Positions 1 through 11,712 of a stretch of 64,000 bases of DNA are shown here, in pieces (positions within the stretch are counted from its first letter, which is position 1; each line of letters begins with the position of its first letter). Origin of the DNA: Macrostomum lignano (taxonomy: Eukaryota); the NCBI GenBank assembly GCA_002269645.1, contig NIVC01003374.1, positions 1-64,000 of the forward strand, given 5' to 3'. The notes beneath the pieces were generated by a model, which saw only the letters and a program-made list of their open reading frames with translations, did not search any database and was not told the DNA's origin. The translations under genes and the position numbers were made by a program.

Positions 1-145
1 CATGGGTTTATAGCGCTGAAGAATATCACAAAGAGAACGAGCCAGTGCCATTTTTTAAAAAAGCAGTTTGTTCAGCGACAACTGATTAATATGGAGTTTA
101 CTTCAATCATTGAGACCTCATTGGATTTTTAAAACGCACTCCGAA

Positions 146-402
146 CTACGAACGAATGTAGAACTCTCCAGGTGTTTTGTACAGAGCCGGATGAGGAATC
201 AGCGGATACCTCAGCAGGTGGCAGGCAAGTCGCAGCCCATCAAACAGCACAGCCTCGCACTGACCAGCTTTGCACCTGGAAGTGCACTCGAGGCTGCTCA
301 TGGCGTTGTGAGTCCAGTAGAGCGGGCTGGTGTAGTTTGTGGCTGTAGTAATTGCGATGTAGTTTCTGGGTGACTCAGCAAAGCTGACGCACTCTCGGCT
401 GC
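146..402 (-). CDS. WSC/PAN protein copy 1, exon 2 (PAN/apple-like Cys domain)
   Basis: Acceptor ttttcag ends at 403; phase-1 join gives S-G-SREC. C-x3-C-x4-C-x9-C pattern (ECTSRCKAGQCEAVLFDGLRLACHL); closely similar to the paralogue at 3432-3688. Confidence 0.8.
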
Positions 403-484
403 CTGAAAATATTTGTTTTGAAAAGGAACTATATACCAAATAGCTTTGATTTTCGTTTTGTTCAGAAAAATCGTAACTAACTAC

Positions 485-970
485 CTGAGTACGTCAAGGC
501 GTAAATAGAGTTTCTATCGCGCCCGCCGCACATCTGAGAGCGATCCCCCAGGCAGGACATGTTGCACTCTTCTTTGCTGGCTGCAAACCCGTACCTGCCG
601 TACGTATTGGAACAAGAGCAACAGCAGGCGTGCTGTACGCCAAAGTAGCTGAAGCCTCCAAGAGAGCAGACTGACGCACACAACTCCAGAGTCATGTTTC
701 TGTCAAAAACCACAGCCTGCTGGTAAAAATGCTGTGTCCGCCAAAATAGTGCACACCGAACAGCGCATTCAGATCTCTGGCCCCGGGCTTGTTTGAGTCC
801 ACGAAGCATCCAATATAGCTGCTGGTTGCCGGCCTTGCCTCAGCAGTTTGGCAGGATGTCAGCACTAGCAGGATGAGCAGAGAAGCTGAAGGCAACAAGG
901 CAAGAAGACGAAATGAACATCTTCCATCTTGCTGCTGTTGGATTAGCACAACTGTTTTAGTAGCCATCAT
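485..970 (-). pseudogene. WSC/PAN protein copy 1, exon 1 (signal peptide + WSC domain), 1-nt frameshift at about 725-729
   Basis: ATG at 970, hydrophobic leader, YIGCFVD...MTLELCASVC...YFGVQ...CxC...C...CGG WSC pattern split across two ORFs. Adding one T to the T5 run restores the frame (743+1 = 744 nt). Donor AG|GTAGTT at 484. Could be a sequencing indel rather than a true pseudogene. Confidence 0.7.
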
Positions 971-1471
971 TCTTCTTTCCACTGTTTAAATTTTTCATCC
1001 GTCTTAATGCGTTGGATTATATATTGAAATTTCCTGCCAATTTGTAGCAATTCACAAATGTCACTCAAACTGAAGCGTCTCGATCTACAGGTTAATTGGC
1101 AGGTGTGAACAAGTTTTTGGAGAGGAACAAATTGCAATTAAAAATGTCTATCGTCCGACCTTGGTTCAATATTTACCCAGCAACTGATATTATTTTCAAA
1201 ATAAGAATACAAAGATGCTACGCAGATCAAATGATTATCGATTTTAGTTTTGTCAATCAATTCGATATAATTGATTGCTATCTGTCCTACTGTAAGTAAC
1301 CCTTTTAGAGCGGTAGCATTCGAAAGGAAAATGTGCCTTAAGCCTTGGTTATAACCTTGCGTTAAAATTGAAATGAACTATAGCAAATCGAATATGTCAT
1401 ACGTATTTGTTTTTAAATCAACTAATTAGTTGAAACATACAATTCCATACACTTCCTTTCTGATTAAAAAG

Positions 1472-1980
1472 GGGATGTGAACTTAAGCTCCAGAATGGAG
1501 CTCAAATGAGGCCAGCAGACCAAACCGACTGGAATCGATAAGTTGTCGGCCCAGATGACTACAATGACTTTTGCGGGTCGTCTCCTAAGGTGGGGGGGGG
1601 ACCTTCGCTACCCGCCAGCCCGAGTGGCACTGATGGCACCTTATGGTCTTGGGCAATTAGACCGTAAAAAATTCACGGCCTAAACCAAAAACTGAAATGT
1701 GAGGGCTATTGACTCGCTTCTTGGTTTCCAAAATAATCACTATTCCTTAACATGGCTTAAGGGCTACAAACACTGCGCGTTTTTTGAGATAAACTCTAGA
1801 GCCTTAAGTTCACATAAAATCCCCATTTATCCCATTTCTTCCCCAGGACCCTGCAGTAGAATAGACTCGGGTGGGATGTGTCAGCGTTTGTAGTCATCTG
1901 GGCCGACAAGTTATCGATTCCAGTCGGTTTGGTCTGCTGGCCTCATTCGAGCTCCATTCTGGAGATTAAGTTCACATCCC
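1472..1980. mobile_element. MITE-like element with 93-bp terminal inverted repeats
   Basis: 1472-1564 (gggatgtgaactt...gactacaa) is a near-perfect reverse complement of 1888-1980; no coding capacity; no clear TSD. Confidence 0.8.
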
Positions 1981-3431
1981 TTGTTTTTGCTTGTTGTTTT
2001 TGCAGGGCCAAAGAGACTAAAACAGCTTAAACTACGCATCATCTTAAAAGTACTTTCTAGGTAACGATCCACAGGGCCCTCGATGGCAATATATGTAGCT
2101 TCTCCAACGTTGGAATGGTCTGAGGCTTACTTAAACAGCTTATAGCGACCTTGAAGACTGTCGTGTGACAGGGAAAAAACATGTTTACGATGCTCAAATT
2201 GTATTTGCTATTCATAAATTTTGAGTCGGCCTCCTCATCTTCTTCAGCTTAAAACTCATTTCTGGTGGTTGTAACTATATCGCAAGGCGACACACCTGAC
2301 TATTGTTAAAAAAGTTCACTCACGTGTGTCTCTTACCAAGGACGAAAGCGTTTCTCAACAGCAAGACTCCCTTGTCTGTTTTACTTTCATTGTGCAGCCA
2401 TGTCTGGCATAGCTTGTAGAGGCCAGTAAAGTCCAGGAAATTTTTTTCTGGCAAATAAACAAGTAGCTACGAGTATGCCCCTGCTGTGTAAGTATCAATT
2501 TATTCAAATGTACGAAGTATTGCTATTGGCAAATTTTAGAAACAGTTTTGCCCTCGTAATTCTTTTAGCTTTATGAGGGCAAGATTTAGCAAAAAAAACT
2601 TGCACTTCACTTTCAAACAAGACTCCTATATTTGACAATCTATAGATATATTCTTCCAGATGCAAGCAAAATCATGCATTCCCATGGATGGTGGCAGTCG
2701 GTGTGGTATGAGTTCAAACTTGCCTGCTGCTAAATTCTCAACTCTTTACGAGTACTATGCTATGATAATGAAATGAAAATGCTTTTGTATGCCATTGCAG
2801 ACTACATCAAGACTGGCATCCAGACTTGGGGGGGGGGTGAGGTGCTCATTGCATCTTGCAATGAGGCAAAGGATGAGAGGTAAAACGACAGACAAGAAAC
2901 AGCTTGGTCTAGGAGCTTGTAAAATGAAACTGACGCGGGGACAATTTTTGCGGCAGGAGCAGAAAAATACCTTAAACAAAGAAACAATAGATATTCAGCA
3001 GAGAGCTGAGGTGAAAAAAAATAGGAGAGACTTGACTACTGTAGTAGAGCTGCTGTCTGGGCAAAGAAGGTCGAGGATTAACAACTAGGTAAGTGGCGCA
3101 CTACTTTTAAAAGAAAGTTAGGCATATCGTAATGTGGAAAGCAATATGTCAATCTTTAGAAATCATTTCAGAATTTCGAATGACTTCATGTATTGAGCTC
3201 GTGGATTCGCGTATTTACCAACCCAATTTTTTGGATCGACCATAAATAAAAAACACATGAATCTGAATTTTCTCTATCTTGCATTATCAGCAATATAGGA
3301 ACCGAATTCCGCAAAAGTACCAACTGTCAAATTCAGCTTTAACTGCCAGTTGCCTCGGCGTAAGAGCACATCATGATTTATTTTTTATCAAAAATATCGA
3401 ATAATATTATAATTCTCGTATGTTTGTTTCT

Positions 3432-3688
3432 TCACACTCGAACGTAGAACTCTCCGGTCGTGTTGTACAGATCCGGATAAGGAATCAGCGGATACCTCAA
3501 CAGGTGACAGGCCCGTCGACGCTCATCAAACAGCACAGCCTCGCACTGGCCAGCTTTGCACCTGGCGGTGCAATCCAGGCTGCTCATCACGTGGTCAGTC
3601 CAGTAGAGCGGGTCGGTGTAGGATGTGGGTGCCCTAATGGCGATGTAGTTCCTTGGAGCCTTTTTAAAACCGATGCACTTAGGACTTT
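3432..3688 (-). CDS. WSC/PAN protein copy 2, exon 2 (PAN/apple-like domain)
   Basis: Acceptor ttttcag at 3689; phase-1 join P-E-SPKC; stop at 3432; paralogous to 146-402. Confidence 0.85.
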
Positions 3689-3791
3689 CTGAAAATGATT
3701 TTTTTTTCAGAATAATCAAGTTAACAATACTTCATAAGATTTTAATAAGGCTCTTAGAATCGTATCATTGGCTGAGTAGAAATGAACCCAC

Positions 3792-4263
3792 CTGGATATG
3801 TCAGGGCGTAAACTGAGTTCCTTCCAAAGCCGCCACATATTTGTGAGTGATTTCCTTTGCATGTCGTGTTGCACCGGCTTTCGCTAGCAGCCATTCCGTA
3901 CCGGCCGTAGGAATTCGAACAGAAACAGTGGCAATAGTATTGCAAGCCAAAATACTTGAAGACTCCAAGTGAGCAGATTGCGCTGCACTTCTCGATGGTC
4001 ATGCTTGAACAGTTGTAGGCCGTGCCATAGTATGCGCTCATGGAATGTCCTCCGCTACCGAAGTACGAAACACGGAACAGGCCGTCGAGGTCTCTGGCTC
4101 CATAGGTTCCCGAATCAAGGTAGCATCCTAAATAGCTGAAATTGGCCGGGCGTCCCTCGGCAGCAGGCGGTGACGTCATCAGGACAGCAACGGCGGCAAG
4201 TGACAGAATAGAAGCGAAACACGCTGTACAGGAGTCTCTGATCAGCTTTTTAGTCGTCGGCAT
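3792..4263 (-). CDS. WSC/PAN protein copy 2, exon 1 (signal peptide + WSC domain); 242-aa product
   Basis: ATG at 4263; leader ASILSLAAVAVLMT; YLGCYLD...MTIEKCSAIC...YFGLQY...CFC...C...CGG; donor AG|GTGGGT at 3791; spliced length 729 nt is in frame. Confidence 0.85.
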
Positions 4264-5338
4264 AGCGATGCACGTTTTCAAACGTCAGCTTGGCAATGAG
4301 TTTGGACTTTACCTCAAGAAATTGGATTTTTTTGTCGCTTTTTTATGCTGCTGTACTCGGTGCAGTAGCTCTCTCCAGGAATCATTTTCCTGATTGGCTC
4401 AGATCCAAGGACTTCCAGACAATTCCTTTAACTGCTAGTGGTCGTCGCTTATACGTTAGAGCCTGCAGCTATAGGTGTCAAAGTCTGGCAAAGTCTTTGC
4501 CAAAAGCACAGCAAAGCCATGCATCTTTCTTTCAAAAAGAGACAAACTTGCGCTCTCTCTGATGTTTTCCGCATCGCATTTTCAGTGCGACTTTGAGAAA
4601 CCAAAAAGTATGTATGAAAAAAATTGGCTCATTAGCTAATATTAGATATACTCAGTAGTATGTCTCTCAAGTAGCATAATTGACACAAAATCAAGCAACT
4701 TTTTTGTTTTTATTAAGCTTTGAAATTTGCTTTTGCAGCTTTTTATTAGATGACGGCATAAGTAGCCATGAGAAAAAATTGAATTTGATAGCAATGATGA
4801 GGACGCACTTTTTTCCAAATCCCGCGCTAGCACACGGGCTCTAAATTTACTAGCCTACTAACAGTGGGCGATGGGCATTTTTATCCTTTTTCTGTAAATT
4901 GTCATAGAATCTATACTAGATATAATGTCTGGCCATACTAGTAGTCATAATAACATAGGCATTGCTTTTTGGGTCATAAATCATCGCTTTCGAAGCTGGT
5001 CTGACAGCCACCTGCGCCTCACTCAGTGTTGAGACGGGCGCCAGATGGTCTGAGAGGATGCGGGCGGTAGCTTTTTTCTCATCGTTTTGACAGGCCATCA
5101 AGATTTATGAGGTCAGAGCCTATTGTTCGGATTCACTCAAGCGTGTGACAGCTTTGACAGCTATGCGTTTTACCCCTAAAAGTACTTTGGGATTAGCGAT
5201 TAGCAATTCCTCTTCATTATCTTCACTTTCTATTTAATAAGAGCTTTCTAATGTATATTTTTTCATTAATTTCTGTCAATCCTACGCGAAAAGTCATAAA
5301 TCATTTTGTTGCGATTTTGAGTGATTTATGGCCGCACC

Positions 5339-6004
5339 TGTCATCTTTTTACGACCCTGTGGGAACTGATAGGATCTCTCGGTCACGTGATTCTGGGTAG
5401 CAACAAGCTTAGCCAATCAGAAAATTCGACGCTCATTTTAACAAAACGGCTCAGCCAATCAGAATCGACGTGTTCTGTTATAACAAACGGCGGTCCAGTT
5501 GGCGGCTATTTAAACCGGTGTTTTTGGCCCGCTCGGACCTCAACCTCCTGGGAACTTGGCCTAGCTAGAGACCTCCCGGAGCCTGACCGTCGTCTCTTGA
5601 TCCCCGGATTGCGACTCCCCCCGTCATCATCAAGGACGAGTCCCCCGGTCATCAGCAGCGAACATCAAGTGAAGAGCATCACCTGCTAGCTGACAGTGAA
5701 GATCTTGACAGCATCATCCCGAGTCTACAGCTGCAGAGCATCAAGCCGATTCGGTCACTGTGGATTACCTGGTCTCCGGCTGTTGAGTTTCTGATTGGTT
5801 GGGTGAGAGGCTACCTAGACTTGCTTGATTGGGTGATTCCCTATCTGTCCCCTGTTTCAGTAGCTGAATTAGGCGCACACTTTTGCTCATTTTGTTCAGT
5901 GGTGCTGTTACTGAGGCAAAATCATTCAATAATACTGCCAGTAGTCTGAAACTCCAATTCGATCCGAAGTGTGAAGTGATCTAAGGAGAAGGTTAAATCT
6001 GACA
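5339..6004 (+). mobile_element. Possible solo-LTR-like fragment
   Basis: TGTCA...TGACA ends, two AGCCAATCAG (CCAAT) motifs and TATTTAAA inside; no matching TSD or PBS found. Confidence 0.25.
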
Positions 6005-7541
6005 GTTATTTTTATCGGTTTTAGTTCTTTGTTCGCCGATGGCTCAGATGAGTAGCTAAGCTAGTAGGCGCCGGTCACAGTGGACCAATGGCAAGGCGGT
6101 TCTCAGTCGATCAATCAATCAAATCAGTGAGCAAAACTGCCAGAAGTGCAGAATCGGCGCCAGAGATGTACTTTGTGCACTCTAGGTTAGCCAAGCGGCT
6201 CGGGTAATGAATCATGCGAGGTCTCTGAAGTTCGAGTTAGCCTATCATCAGCGCTATGAGAGGCTAGTTGGCGCGTTGAAGGCTAAAAGTACATATCTTC
6301 GTATTTAGCAATGTAATAGTACATGTAGCTACCCCATAGACTCGCCACCGCAAGAATCCCCTGCACAAGTCCCCTCTGTACCTGCATGGCCAACGCGATC
6401 TAGTCCCAGCAGTGTCCCTTATCATCGGCTATGACTTCGAGATTGACAGCAAAAAGACACTAGTTGGCAGGTAAGTGCAAAGCCCCTTCTAGTCGGAAGC
6501 CCGATTTCGAGAGTCCCGGTGTGGTGAGCCAGGGCGCACGGGCTGGTGGCAGCAAGTTAGTTGATCTGCGGATTAGCTAATTTCTACTTTCAAAATTCTC
6601 CCTGCTCGTCTCTCGCTGTCCCTCTCTTAGCTATAGGACCTAGACTGCTCGCCACACGATCAAGCTACCATGGGGCTGACCATCTGACAGGAGTGGGGGG
6701 CCAGGTCTCTAATTGATTTATTTCTGAGCCTGAGGCCCGAAGGCTTCCCTAACAAGGAGCCCGAAGGTCGAAACCCATCAGCAATATAAAACTTCAATTT
6801 TTCGTAAACTTACTTTTCATTTAATTCAGCATCTGGATAAAAAATAGTGTGCATAATAAATATTTCATGCAAGCTATGTTTAAACTGCTAACTGAATTTG
6901 TACTGTGGCTAAACTATAAAAACGAGCGTAGCTAATATACATGTAAGCATATGAATTAGCTATAAATCAAGGTCGCACGATCAACGGCGATAAAAAAGGA
7001 AAATAAAGCATTTTTTTGCGGTTTTTTTACAGAAAGTTCGTAGATACTCCTAGAAACAAACGTATAGCTAGCCAAAACTGCTCCAGTGCCACAACTTATT
7101 TGTTTACTAAATTAATTATCAGATTACTTTCAATATTAAGTGTGAACTTATAAATTTGTTATGTTTCATATAGTAGAAACAGTAAATTATTCCTAGCAAC
7201 GTTAATTCTGCTTTATAACCATAATCTGATAGAAGCTGTGGAACTGGAGTCCGAAAAGTACAATAGATTAACGAGAATCGTTAACTAAATATCAAGAAAA
7301 AGCATCAAAACAAAAAAGTTGAAACTGAAAAACAATCAGTATGAAATAATAAGTTTGTGACACTAAATCTAAAAAAATCAATAAAATCCATGTTAACTAA
7401 AGAAAGTGCCGTCAAAAAAAACAAAATTTCAGTTATTAATTTTGTTATCGTCATTGAGCTTGAATATATAAGCACCAGCACCAGAGGGTAAAACAAAATT
7501 TTAAAAAATCGCACAGCAGGTTATAGAAAAAAATCGATGTA

Positions 7542-7792
7542 TACTCAGCAACATCGAAAAGTCGCCATCACACAAGATTTCGTCTGTGGTCGCCCCTGTT
7601 GAGAGCGCAGGTGAAGTCTCTCAATCTTTGCGAGTGACGCAACTTACGCGCGTAGCTACCCCACGCGGCAGACTTGAGTTGAGGAATGAAGTGGTGGAGC
7701 GGTGTGCGACGGTTGGACGGATGAAAGCTACCATGATCAAGAGAAATTGCTCACTGGCGCATAGAGTGGCGACTTTTCAATGTTGCTGAGTG
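7542..7792. mobile_element. Small MITE (about 250 bp) with about 25-bp TIRs
   Basis: actcagcaacatcgaaaagtcgcca (7543-7567) vs tggcgacttttcaatgttgctgagt (7767-7791). Confidence 0.7.
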
Positions 7793-7872
7793 CATCTAAT
7801 TGTTATAAAAATTCAAAGTTTCTTGTGTATAAAATAAATTATTTTGTGACATTTCTCGATCAATGTTTTTAT

Positions 7873-8240
7873 TTAGCTATCGCGGTCTCTTTGTTGCATA
7901 ATCACTTCGTGAGCCAGCTGCACGGCGATGAAGATATCTTTATCGCCTCCTTTGTCTGGGTGATTTTTCAACTGGGCGGCTCTGTAGGCTTCCTGCAGTT
8001 CTTCATCAGAGCAGTACTTGTTCACATTTAATAGCTGGTAAGCAGCTTCAGTAACAATTTCTTCCAACTGAGCCAACTGCTTCATTTTCAGTGCCTCTGA
8101 TTCTGCTTGGTCTTCTTCGAAAAACATGCTCCAAAATTTGTCGCCCAAGTAGTGGTCAGCAAGGACGGAAAAAATAACGATGCCAGCTTCTACGAGTAGC
8201 ACACATGGGCCACCGATCACCATCAAAGCTAGAATCGTTC
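7873..8240 (-). CDS. Chimeric J-domain protein, exon 2 (hydrophobic helix + C-terminal DnaJ domain)
   Basis: Acceptor ttgcag at 8241, phase-1 in-frame join to the 8657 exon; AYQLLNV...EELQEAYRAAQLKNHPDKGGDKDIF with intact HPD. Confidence 0.85.
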
Positions 8241-8656
8241 CTGCAACAATTTCAAAAAAACATTATTGCCAAATTTTAAATAGAATTTTAATCTAACACA
8301 AATTCCCAAAGGAAGCTCAAGAGTACATGTAGCGTCAAACTATAAGAGATATGCTCGATAGTATACTCATGCCCCCAATAAGTTGACCCCGGCTTGTACG
8401 ATTTGCACCCTAAAATACTCCTTCACACTCAGATTAAATGAGACTGAGTCTACATGTCCACATGCCTGACGACTATAGAAAGCCAGACCTGCATGTATGA
8501 GTACGTGTCTGCGTACATAATTGTGTGCTCAGGGTGCAGCCTGCGGAATGAACATAACTACTTATCGCATCACTGACTGTGGCTCGACTGCAGTCTCGCT
8601 AACTAGCCAAACGAGACTAGCCAAACACATCAGTTTTTAAAGCCAGACAGTCTCAC

Positions 8657-11357
8657 CTCCAGTAGTGGCTGCCACAGTGCCGCCGAGTCTGGCCAGTTGC
8701 TTGTTCCTCTCCGCTTTGCTCAGTAGACTGCGACGGTAAGCCATTAGAATTTGATACGCAGAGTAGGTGGTTGTTCCGACAAGCATTGCTGGGCCCAAAA
8801 ATCTTCCGAACCCGGTTAAGGCCTTGCCAATCGTGGTGTAGCCAACGCTTTTGCAGATTTGTCCCAAAACATTAGGGGATGTGACAACAGCTCTGATGAC
8901 GCCGCCTCTGACAGCGCCGAACCCCGCGCTTCTGGCTATCCTGATGGCGCACTCGGAGCTGCTGATCTCCCCCGCGAGGTACCGGCGGACTTCCTCGTCG
9001 CAGGAGATCACGCCGGACAAAACTGCATCTACGAAAGCGCCAATAGCAGCTTCTAGACCAATCTTTTTGATAGCGAAGTCCAGACTCTTGGTTCGGACTG
9101 AAGGATTCCTTAATCTGGCTTCTAGCCAGCTCTTGGCTTTGTTTTCAAGATTGGCAACCTCCTTTTCCAATTGATTTCGCCTGGCTTTTTGCTTTTCAAA
9201 TTCATTGTTTTTTGCTTGAAGATGCCGCGACAGACCCTTTTCAAAAGCCTCCCGTCTCTGCTGCTTGGTAAAGTTACTCTTTAGCTTTTCGATATCACTT
9301 TGCAATTTGGAAATGTCTTTGTTGCACTGGGATAGTTTTTCCCTATCACTGTCTCTTAGGCTATTCATTGTTGACTCCAGTTCCTTGTCCTGAACAGACT
9401 TCTGATGTTCTGCTGAATATTCGTCTTGAGTCCTTAGTTTTTCGCGTTTATTCTTCAACTTTTCAAGACGCTCTTCAGCATTTCTTAGCTCCGTCGGCTT
9501 ATCAATTAGTTCATATATTTTGTCGTCCAGCATCTTTTGGTATTCGGCAATGTTGCCTTCATCCGGAACAAAAACTTGCCGCGCGCTGCCATCATGTTTG
9601 ACGATGGCTTCGTGCTCTTGCAGGGACTTGATTCGAGCCTCGAGTTCAGCAACTTCTTGAATACCTTTTCTGAGCCCGTCGACTTCTTTCTGCAGAGCGT
9701 CAATCTTTTTTATTTCGGCTAACTTCGGTTTTATCTCAGCAAACACTGAGCTCATGGTCTTGTCCTGAAGGAAATCCCGAAATGTTTCCCTGTTCTGATC
9801 GAGGAACGCCCGAATGTTATCAACAGTGTCGGTCTCGATTTCAAAGCCAATCCGGATTCTTGATTCTGCAGCACCTTCAGTGGCATCTGCGATGCCTTTG
9901 GGGCCAATCACGGTCACATTGTCCAGCTGCAGAGCTTCTGGGTAACCTTTAGCTTGTCCAAACTCGCGCTTTGATAGATTGCGGTTCCACTTGGCCCGCC
10001 AGTTGTTGATCGTGTCCACAAGGTTTTCAGGTGTGTCCGTGTACTTGAACTGCACGGCAAAGTACTCGCCAGTGTGGGTGTTTTGAAAGACTGCGTCCGT
10101 GTACTCGGGCGTCTTCAATTCGACATGATTCTTTATGGTGATCTTCCCGTTCCCATCGCCGGCGTGCAGCACTATGGGAGCGCCGCGCCTCTGCACCTCC
10201 GCCATCACCTTCGCTATTTGAAGCTCCTCGAAAGTGATGCCTAGAAGTTCATTCGGATAATAGTTTGGCTTGAGACTTTCTAGACAATTTGGCTTCTTCT
10301 TTAGCATTTCCGTTGCTGCCTTGACACCGCCATTGCGAAGTTCTTTCACAAACTGCGCCCACGGTTCGTCTGTCTCAAGTGAGCGGGTTGCATTTCGAGC
10401 TGCGTTGGATTGATATCCGATGTTTTTAGCGGCCAATTGAGCACCCTCTTTTTCGGACTTTGCCTGCGTGAAGTTTTTGTATGCTTTTTTAAAGTCCTCC
10501 ACCTCCTGTAAGCTTATGTCTTTCAACGCTTGGTCTCTCGATTTAACCCTGCCCGGATCGCACTGAATCCGCAGCTTAATTTTATGAGTAAATGTCGCAT
10601 CGGCTCTCTTGTCACAGGCGCCGCTAAACACAAGATTTACAATTTTCGTCCAAGTTTTCAGCTTGACTTCCTTCGCAACCGAATACTCAATTGTTCCCAT
10701 TGTGGTAGCGGTGAGTTTGCCTTTAGCAATGAACACTGGCAGTTTAAGCTCCCGATCGGTGCCATTTAAACTGTATTTAGCCTTGTAGAGTTCCATGACC
10801 ACCTCACAGCTGACAGACTCTGGTGAGCACAGATGGAGCTTCGCCGAGATCGGTTCAACAGACAAGCTGACTGTTGAGGGCAAACAGTTCAGTTCTGACG
10901 CCTTGCAATCGACAGTAACGGCGTCATTAGTTTGAATCAGTTTAGGAAGCAGTGAGTTCATCGACAGCCTGTCGGAGATCTCTTCGTCAAACTGGAGTCC
11001 AATCTCGGTGAAGTAGCCGCTTATCCAGTAGCGATCCAGCTCTGGAAAGTCGCACAGCCAGTGCCTCATTTTTCCTAGCACGTCAGAATTGTCGCCACCT
11101 TCAAGAACTTCGCAATCGGTATTTCGTAGGCCACTCGAAATCAAAGTAAATTTCTTTTTAGAGTTTTTATCTATCGCTTTCGTTAAAAGCTCACTCGCTT
11201 CTGCAGTTTGAAAGGCGAATTTATCTCTCAGTTCACCCAGTATTTGTTTATGCACCTTCTCAATGTCTCTTTCTGGCAGTCGGCAGGGGACCTCCATTGC
11301 TTTGGCCATTGCCTGCTTGTAGATGTCTAAGCCATTCTCCACCGTTGTTGAAGACAT
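8657..11357 (-). CDS. Chimeric J-domain protein, exon 1 (putative PD-(D/E)xK-like domain, coiled coil, Gly/Ala-rich helices); total 1022 aa
   Basis: 2.7-kb stop-free ORF; donor G|GTGAGA at 8656; 2701+368 = 3069 nt in frame. Preceded by tttcag|acaATG, with a probable 5' UTR exon donor (AAG|GTAATT) near 11753. Confidence 0.85.
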
Positions 11358-11393
11358 TGTCTGAAAGTTTTAGGAGGGTGTAGGTGTCAGTTA

Positions 11394-11712
11394 GGGGGGG
11401 GGGGGTTATGGCCGGTTGGTTAGAGCGTCGGACTCAAGACTGAAAGGTCAGGGGGTTCGATTCTCGACCTACTTGGAATAGTTTGTGCCCTTGAGCAAAA
11501 CACTTTAAAGTAAAGTATATTGCTTCAGTTCACCCAGCTATAAAATGGGTGCCAGCATTAGCTGGGGTAATTGAGAGTGAGTGTGGCCGACCCCCAGTCC
11601 TTGGACTGAACAGCCGTACGCAGCCTTCAGATGCGCCGCGCAATAGCTGCGGCTGAGCTGTCGGTTGCACATCTGGCCCAATTGGGGCATGTGTGATCAA
11701 ATATTAATTATT
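11394..11712 (+). mobile_element. tRNA-derived SINE with CORE-like central domain
   Basis: A-box TGGCCGGTTGG (11409), B-box GGTTCGATTCT (11454), then gtgcccttgagcaaaacactt...cttcagttcacccagctataaaatggg resembling the CORE-SINE domain; AT-rich tail. Confidence 0.75.

Noticed and set aside
110-373. Plus-strand ORFs at 110-373 and 3420-3692 that resemble each other
   Set aside because: They are antisense shadows of the paralogous PAN-like exons.
2789-3088. 99-aa plus-strand ORF followed by GTAAG
   Set aside because: No recognisable domain, start context or partner exons.
6725-6780. Hammerhead ribozyme (stem-GAAAC motif)
   Set aside because: The CUGANGA core is absent (ctaacaagga) and stem III pairing is only 2-3 bp; not supportable without a covariance search.
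11400-11470. Intact tRNA gene
   Set aside because: A and B boxes are present but no convincing acceptor stem, and the sequence continues into a CORE-like body, so it is a SINE head.
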